Source of the DNA: Octopus vulgaris
Lineage: Eukaryota
Direction of reading: 5' to 3'
Length of the DNA stretch: 64,000 bases
Assembly: GCA_951406725.2 (NCBI GenBank)
Contig: OX597832.1
Span: 8,680,001 to 8,744,000 of the forward strand
Numbering within the stretch: the first letter of the stretch is position 1; each line of letters opens with the position of its first letter. Positions 55,562-64,000 of the stretch are shown piece after piece. Below the pieces are notes generated by a model that saw only the letters and a list, made by a program, of their open reading frames with translations, ran no database searches and was not told where the DNA came from. Both the position numbers and the translations under genes were made by a program.

Positions 55562-56486
55562 TTAAATCTAAAATAAACTCCCCTTCATTTACTACGATGT
55601 TCTTCTGGTAGACTTGAAAGGCATTTCTTTCAAAATTCACTTATCCGTGACGAAGAATACTCCTCCATTATTGTTCTGACCTCATCTACAGAATTCATAT
55701 TTTCCCGTCTAAATGATTTTGAAGACTACGGAATAAATGATAATCAGATGGGGCAATGTCCTGCGAATATGGAGGGTGGGGCATCGTTTCCCACTCAAAC
55801 TTCTCCAGCCTTTCGAATGTCATCCTCGCTGTATTTAGCCGAGCATTATCCTGATGGGAGGAACACGCTTGGGCTTAAAATTTTAAAGTGGACTTACCCT
55901 TTCATACCACACAAAACAAATAACATCGTACGGGGATGAACACTTCTTTAGCCTGCAGTGTCGGTGTTTCCACCTTCATTACACACTGTCATTGGTACTT
56001 GAAATGTTTATAGAAAACCCATTTCTCGTCACCATCCGCTATTCGGTCCTCAAAAATGCTCATTCTTGAGACGTGACAGCAAAGGAGAGCACACATTCAC
56101 ACTCTGCGCGCGATTAGACACAGCAACTTTGTGGGGAGCCCACTGAACCATTTTACTGACGTTTCCGATGGCACGCATATTTCGATGAATGGTTGATGAC
56201 CAAACCTAAACTTCTCTGCTAGTTCCTTTACAGTTACGACGGGATTTTGATCCACCAGGATTTGCTTGAAGTCCTAGTCGGGCTCTACTGATTTTCCAGG
56301 ACGAAGCTCGTCTTCTGGACTGTAGTTTGCGGCTCGGAATTTATGGAACCACCTTTGGTATTGGCTTATGCTTATTATCTGATCCCTATATACTGCATTA
56401 ATATTGCTCACACTTTCCGTTGCGTTCATGCATTTAACGAACTCATGCAGCAAAATATGCTTAATATTCTACTTTGTCACTTCCAT
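55562..56486 (-). pseudogene. Decayed Tc1/mariner (mariner D,D34D-type) transposase
   Basis: Minus-strand motifs in order: MEVTK*NIKHILLHEF, WAPHK (WVPHEL), GDEKWVFY, QDNAR, PHPPYSQDIAP (YSPDLAP), DYHLFRSLQNHLDGK. A matching pair of TIRs was not identified. Confidence 0.9.
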
Positions 56487-57079
56487 TATAGCTTTAGAAA
56501 ACTAACTGTTAAAATCGAAATGCACTTTAGAAAACTTGCACTAAGATTGTCCAACGCTTAGACAAATTACGTAAGTTGATTAGACAAATTATGTAAGCTA
56601 CACGTATAGAAGATAAACCTAACCTAAATAGAAAACTAGAATGGAACACTAGCATACCACCCACACCACGATATGATGACATAATAAGATTCACGTAAAC
56701 TAATAACACTAATATAAAACAATTACAATAGTTGGAATGAAGTAATTGAATACACAAACAAAACACAATAAAATAATTTTTTAAAAAAGGAGATAACAAA
56801 TAAATATAATAAATAAAATAAAATAAAATAAAATGAACGTGAATAATCGGGGGATAACGCAGGTACCATAAACATTCTCACACACACACACTTATCAAAC
56901 ATAGACACACAGAGGTATATACACCTGCGCAAATAATGACACATACAACAGCAAAACAAAATGGAAGATCGTTAGGAAGGAGAGACAAAAGTGAAAGAAG
57001 AAAGCGAAAGGTCACTTAGGAGGTCACGGAAGTGCGACGAAAGAACTGGGGCCGAAATATAATTAATACGAAGTAAAGC

Positions 57080-57130
<51 letters not shown>

Positions 57131-57132
<2 letters not shown>

Positions 57133-57405
57133 AGGCTCAATGGCCCAGTGGTAGGGCAGCGGACTCGCGGTCGTAGGTGAGTGTTTATTGAGCGAAAACA
57201 CCTAAAAGCTCCATGAGGCTGCGGCAGGGGATGGTGGTGATCCTTGCTGTACTCTTTCGCCATGACTTTCTCTCACTCATTCTTCTGTTGGCCTGCTAGC
57301 TTAGCCAGCGGTGTGGCGTCATTTGAAGGCTAAAACAATGCGAAGTGCATTGTGACCAGCGATGTGTAGCAACATCTGATAGCATGGTCGGTCACGGTGA
57401 TCGAA
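57131..57405 (+). mobile_element. tRNA-derived SINE family C
   Basis: tRNA-like head (tggcccagtggtagggcagcggactcgc). The tail gaaggctaaaacaat...cattgtgaccagcgatgtgt...gtcggtcac is also present inverted at 63058-63130. Confidence 0.75.
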
Positions 57406-57426
57406 ACCATGCTATCGTCGTTTATT

Positions 57427-57872
57427 GTGTTTATTGAGCGAAAACACCTAAAAGCTCCACGAGGCTCCGGCAGGGGATGGTGGTGATCCCTGCTGTACTC
57501 TTTCACCACTCTAAAAGGCGGTGCTCCAGCATGGCCGCAGTCAAATGACTGAAACAAGTACAAAAAAAAAAACCCCGAAAGGATGAAAAGCAAAGTCGAC
57601 CTCGGCGGAATTTTAACTCAGAACGTAGCGGCAGAGGAAATAGCTATTTCTTTATTACCCACAAGTGGCTAAACACAGAGAGGACAAACAAGGACAGACA
57701 AACGGATTAAGTCGATTATATCGACCCCAGTGCGTAACTGGTACTTATTTAATCGACCCCGAATGATGAAAGGCAACGTCGACCTCGGTGGAATTTGAAC
57801 TCAGAACGTAACGGCAGACGAAATACTGCTAAGTATTTCACCCGACGGGATAACCTTACTGCCAGCTCGCTT
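57427..57872. mobile_element. SINE cluster: family C middle plus family A tail (+), then two family B pieces (-)
   Basis: 57427-57507 repeats 57180-57260. 57517-57560 is the family A tail. 57575-57640 and 57645-57872 are reverse complements of family B. Confidence 0.85.
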
Positions 57873-60594
57873 CCTTAATGGTGTTGATAATATTGGCACA
57901 ATGACTCTCTCTCTATATATATACCTCTTAATGCGGTGGTTTTGCCAGGATACAACAGTATATGGGATTTTCAAACCGTATTCATCTTTAATAGCAGCCT
58001 CAGTTTGAAACAAGGTTACAGGTCTGCATCTGCTCAACCACAGAATGGATAGAATGAACTGCATTTTCTTACACAATTACTTTTCCGTCACATGTGACAA
58101 AGTAATTAAAAGAAAGTAGATCGTTTTAGTGCTGAAAACGGCGGAAATACAACGCAATGGGGTTTATTTCCATTCACCTCAAGCGACGTGCATTAGTTAA
58201 AAGGTTTTAAATATTAAATTTTTTAGAACTACCTTAACGTTGTGAATAGCTGAACATAGGGTATCTTCAATATTAGTTCCTTACCGGTTTTTAATCATTG
58301 AAAATCTAACGGTACATAAGTCGTCTTCAGAGTTATATTTTCTCAACACATTGTTTTTAATGTGATACAGAGCTAAATTCTGGTTGAAACGTCGATGGTG
58401 AAAGGCTTGGTAAATATTACAACCAGATTCCTTCGCAATGTATTCTATCCTATTTCGTACCATAATGCCATCATTCTAAGTTACCTTTCCAAATAAAGTA
58501 TGACAATATTTATCAATCAATTCAGCAATTCAGTAAAGGTGATGTAATAAATTCGCATGTGAAAGGAAAACTATTGACTCTAAAATAAGCACCACAATAT
58601 CAATGTTTAAAATAACAAAAAATTGCAATGACTTTTGCACAAAATTGTATATATATATATATATATATATACTTTCGTATGTGTTTTTGTGTGTGTTTGT
58701 GCGTACGTGTGCGTATGTGTGTACGCGCATGTATGAACGTGTATGTATCTGTGTGGAAGGGGTGTCTCTGATGTGTGAACGCATCTGTGTGTCTCTGGTA
58801 CGTTTACAATATCATTACCGAACAGGTATCTACTATATAAAATATATGAGACTGTGGTGCCATTCATTGTTGATATCAAAACAATGTAATATTTTGAAGT
58901 AGCATTTTTTTTTTCACGAAAAAATTTTACTAATAACGTTCTTCAAAGTAACGGAAATAAACAAAATATATTTCGTTCGATCTATTCTCCAAATTGTCCG
59001 CCATTCCAAACAGTGTTATGGACAGGATGAAAATGTTAAGCAGTATAAAAGTATAAAAACAGTGCGTTAACTTAAATGTTATAATTTTAACTATCATAAT
59101 TTTTTTTATAGCAAGTGAATAGATGAGTAAATATATGGAGTCTCCTAAATATATCCTATATAAGTGAAGAGACGTGGCAATGTACACACACACACATACA
59201 CACTCGCACATATAGGTATTTTTATAAATAACTACCGCTTTAACATTTATATTGCTTACAATGTAGAACTTGTCATACGCTGTATGATTTTGTTCAAAAG
59301 CATCCCTTGCATATGTACTGAATCTGAGCGAAGCTTTTTTAATGCGATGAATTGTATAAAGAGAGCAAAATAACCTACCATGTCAATTCGAAAGTGTTGC
59401 CTATAATCGTTATTTGAGGCAAAATGACAATGGCATAAATGATATAATATAGATAAAGGGCAGATTTGTCGAATGTTAAAGGAGTTTGCTTACCAAACAC
59501 AAGGTTATCAAGTCGGTCTTATCCATAACTGTCTAAGGTTCTGGGGCAAACTGAAGATAAGAGCGTCAGTTGGATTAGACCTGTAATTCGAACGATAGCT
59601 TTCTCACGCTTTGTGTTCCGTTGATTTAGCCTGAAGTCTATCTTACTGGTATACCTGAATATGCAACCGCCCACAGGTTTAGTTAGGAAGAGTTATTTCA
59701 CTCCCACAAGAGGTCACTAATCGACGAAGTTGACCCAATACGTACAATGAAAAAAAATTAATCCAACTAATTTTGTCGGTACATAATCGAAGTGTGTGTT
59801 ACAAAATAACATAGTGACATTCGAAAAATACATTTTACTCTCACACGTGAATTTGCTCCGTGTATACCCCAACAGCAATTAATTTCACTAATCTATTCTG
59901 GGCTAAATTCGAGATACACTTAATGGAGACGTTCAAATCAAAGCAGGGTATTGTACCAATTCTCTGATTTTCCCCGAGAAATGATCGCAGAACAGGTTAG
60001 TAAGCTTCTTGTATTTCTGTGATTGTTACGTAAAATATCAAATACGTCCTTATATGAAATTCATGTCTAGGTTTCGAAAACTAGCACTGAGGTTCTGGAC
60101 ACAAGAGTTAAGTTTATAGAAGGCAGAACAAAGACAAAGCTAATTTAGACGCCCAAGTCATACCACATCTGCTTTCACTTGCACTCCGATCATCATCATC
60201 ATAGAATTAAATCAAATCCGAAATCCCACTTTTTTAAGATAAAGCAAATACGTGCTGACGTATGGGATTACTGGAACATGCAAATGCTTTTGTACGTCAT
60301 TATGTTAAACGTGGTTACAGTGAATCACGATTAAATGAAATCGCCAATACATAACGAAAATTAACAAGGAAAGGCAGACTTCCACGCATAAGTTTAGCAG
60401 CTAAAATAAAATTTCTCATCAAATTCCTTTAGAGATTAACTGACACCGAAATTTCACTGCCATTCCAAAAGTGCTGCTTGAAATTACCAACATATTTCAG
60501 AGAAGTATCGTCGTTTCAAACAAATATTCCCTCGTCCACTTATTACATTCATAAGACGCATAAAAATATATAAACACACAGACACACACACACA

Positions 60595-60635
<41 letters not shown>

Positions 60636-62019
60636 ACACACACACACACACACAGCATACACACATACATATGTTTATATGTATAGGTAGATCTTATAAG
60701 CTGACAAGGTAAGATCACTTTAAACCTAGGCGCGTTGGTGAGCGACTGATGATCATTAAGATGCGTTAAGGATCAGAATGCGAATCATCGGTGATCTAGC
60801 TCTAACTACGACCGTAGGGGCTTGGCTCTGTTGTCAGCTCATGAAGATATTGCATTAGTGGATACTGAGTTGTTTTGTACGTATTTCTAGCAACATTGGC
60901 GCTGATTATTATTGACCATTGTTCACTTTAGTGACGTATATATTTCTGCTTTTAGGTAGACGCATTCACACACACATACACGCACACACACACACACATA
61001 TTTCCATGTGTGTGCGCGACTGTGTGAATGCGTGTGTGTGTGTGGATGGATGGGTGTATGTGTGAGTTTAGTATCCATCCCATACATTCGGCTCAGAGAT
61101 ATTTTCCTGTTTCGTTGCTACGAAGGTTTTGGAAGCTATAACTGCTTGAACTTTCCGAGAAAATATAAAACATCATAGAACTGTTTTGATTGTTGCTAAT
61201 ATTGTGGATGTTGGTAATGTTGTTTTCGTTCTTGCTATTGTTGTCTTTCTTTTTGACAGCCTGTGCTGACCATCCTATCTTTTATTCATATATAGTTTTC
61301 TAAGTTTACGTTTTCAAATACAATACAAACTTTGTTGAAAGAAAGTAGGGTGTGATGTGATAGACGTTTCGTTGCTATTTCTGGACTTCGAGACACCAAG
61401 TAGATTTGCTATAAGTTAAGAAGATCCCACTATTTTCAGATTCACATGCATTGACCTACATTTTATAAAGATTTGATTTATTCAGAGACAAAATAAACTG
61501 ACAACCCAGCATTGATTTAAGTGTAAATAATAGAGTACGAAGACAAAGGTTAGACATATTTCTGTAAAATCTACCGTCTACACGGAAAGATTGTCTATTG
61601 AAACAACGGTTATCTGGAAAAGAAAATTTAGATTGCTGACATCCAGTAGATTATTTGGTTTCCTTCGTTAAAAGAAAAACTGACTATGATGACGGAAAAT
61701 GGAACCAGCTCGTGGATGAATAAATTTAATCTAACAGAGAATAAAATAAAATACTATAATAATATATTGGGAACAACGATGGTTCTGAAGGTTAATTGTT
61801 CTGGGTTCGGTCCAAATGTGCAGCATCACAAGCTTTTCTTCTATCATTCTCTCTGGTTATCAACATATCTCTATATGAAATTTCGTACACAGAAATTATG
61901 CAGAGACCCGTCTATGCAAATGCACTCTAATATATACACCCTAAAGTGCACTTAAAAATATGTTCGAACAAAATAAATGTATTTCATATTTAATGATACA
62001 TATACACGTGGTGTTCGTT

Positions 62020-62175
62020 CTCTGGACTTTCCGACGAAGAGCTATGCTCGAAAGGTTAAGAACCAACTCTTTTTCTACCTTTACGGAGCTTCAAGCTAAT
62101 GCATTTGTCATTTTGTATATTCTTTTTTTAGTCTTCCGTTTTTAATGTCCAACTTTTAATGTTTGATTTGACTAT
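62020..62175 (+). mobile_element. PLE-like 3' terminus with degenerate hammerhead-like motif, abutting TA-rich repeat
   Basis: ttt-CCGACGA-a-gagc(tat)gctc-GAAA-ggtta, then a T-rich tail. Confidence 0.4.
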
Positions 62176-62194
62176 ATAAACATACATACATATA

Positions 62195-62259
<65 letters not shown>

Positions 62260-62379
62260 ATGTGTGTGTGTGTATGTGCATGTGTGTGTGCGTGTGTATG
62301 TGTGTGAGCGTGTGTGTGTGTGCGTGTGTATGTGTGTGTGAGCGTGTGTGTCTGTGTGTGCATATACATACATACATGG

Positions 62380-62540
62380 TGACCTGTCAGAATCGTTAGC
62401 CCGCCAGGTCATAGGTTTAGAAGCATTCTGTGGTTTTTTTACGCCCTGAGCTCAAATTGCGCCCAGGTTAAATTTGCCTTTCATCTCTCGGTTGAGAACT
62501 AAGGTCGATGTAATCGACTTACCTCTTCACTTCCGAAATT
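62380..62540 (+). mobile_element. Degenerate SINE family B copy
   Basis: cagaatcgttagc...gagctcaaattg...tttgcctttcatc...ggtcgatgtaatcg. Confidence 0.65.
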
Positions 62541-62574
62541 TCACGTGAAACACACACATACACATACATATTCA

Positions 62575-62730
62575 TTTTAGTCGAAGAAATTGAACCCAAG
62601 ACTTATTAATTGTAAGCCTAGTACTTATTCTATCACACACCTTTGCCGAACCGCTAATTTACGGGGATGTAAACACACCAGCATCGGTCATCAAGAGATG
62701 GTCGGGAGCGGGGATAAACACAAACAAACA
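62575..62730 (-). mobile_element. SINE family A 3' half
   Basis: agtacttattctatc...tttgccgaaccgctaatttacggggatgtaaacacaccagcatcggt. Confidence 0.8.
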
Positions 62731-62794
62731 GGCACACACATAAATATATATATAGTAGTTTTTTTGGAAAGTATAACTCCTCAAACAATATCTA

Positions 62795-62987
<193 letters not shown>

Positions 62988-63054
62988 GTATCTCTCTATC
63001 TGTCTGTTTGTCTTTGTTCCAATCTATTTACGTATACATACATATCTCACTTAA

Positions 63055-63285
63055 TCAAGTGACCGACTAGTCTATCAAATGCTGTTACACATCGCTGGTC
63101 ACAATGTGCTGTGAATTGTTTTAGCCTTCAAAGACTTTGAAGGCTAAAACAATGTTAGCCTACTCAACTAGCCATCCCTCCTTGATCGAAAGTGTGCTCA
63201 TGAACACAACGTACCGCACAATCAAGGAATCGAATCCATGATCTAGCGATCGTAAGTGCAACAGAGTAACCACCTGGCCACGTCT
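63055..63285 (-). mobile_element. SINE family C-related copy
   Basis: The tail is the reverse complement of 57320-57395; a tRNA-like head remnant (ggaatcgaatcc) lies at ~63226. Confidence 0.7.
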
Positions 63286-64000
63286 ATATACATTAGCACG
63301 TTGTCTAAGCCCCGTATGTTTCGGTTTCATGGATGTGAATAAACACTATTATCTCGGATATTTGAGACACACTTTTCGTTCTCAGAATCCTTCTAGATTC
63401 AGTACATATATCAGCTGTTTATTTTTATATTTTCAAAAATAAATATTGATGAGTTATAGAATTCTATATTAAATAATTATCACCTCGGAAGGAAAAATGT
63501 GCGAACTCACAAATATTTTTGTAATCATTTTATTTTCTGCGGTTCATATTTTAATTTTGTTTCTTGTTGTTTCTGGCTAATTGCTTGATCAAATTGGCTC
63601 AACATAGCCTTTGCTGTTTCGCGTTTTCCTTACCTTCGCTTGTACTAGGTTGGCTTCCTACACATGTAAGTTGAAACACCTCTAATAAAGTAATTAGTTT
63701 GATAGATTGTGGTATTTATTTTGAATAATTGTATTTGTGCTTGTGTTTTTGGTGTCGACTTAAGAACCTTATTGAACTCATTTTTATTACACATAGATTT
63801 TAATAACTGTTATAAACAATGTTTGATTATGACGCTTGAACAACACACTGAACATTAATGCTGCATATTTCATTCAAGTCTCGAAGTTAAGTGTCATAAT
63901 CAAGCTTAGAAAATGAACATAAACTTCAAAAGAGACACTTTTCAAGTTATTCTCGTAAAGCTAATGGATTTTGGTTATTGTCCGCTCATAAAAACGCTTT

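Overview
This is AT-rich, microsatellite-saturated eukaryotic DNA with no recognisable host exon; the SINE families look like those of Octopus (recognised from memory, not from a search). Most ORFs in the track are microsatellite artefacts. The real coding remnants all come from transposons: a CR1-group LINE RT 3' end, a decayed RTE LINE, R4/Dong-like LINE pieces, a decayed mariner transposase and at least four Penelope-like (PLE) GIY-YIG fragments. The main unexplained structure is a repeated architecture: (TA)n + unique tail + arm + spacer + inverted arm + (TA)n. It occurs about 8 times, with arms of 20-460 bp. These and related TA-flanked inserts carry about 10 type I hammerhead-ribozyme folds, several with a palindromic helix III. 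One has a fully canonical core (both arms of the 46.8-48.4 kb PLE), two unrelated ones have a compensatory U3-A8 core, and a three-copy family has a U4C core. The window looks like a (TA)n-targeted PLE insertion hotspot that produces ribozyme-bearing fold-back hairpins.
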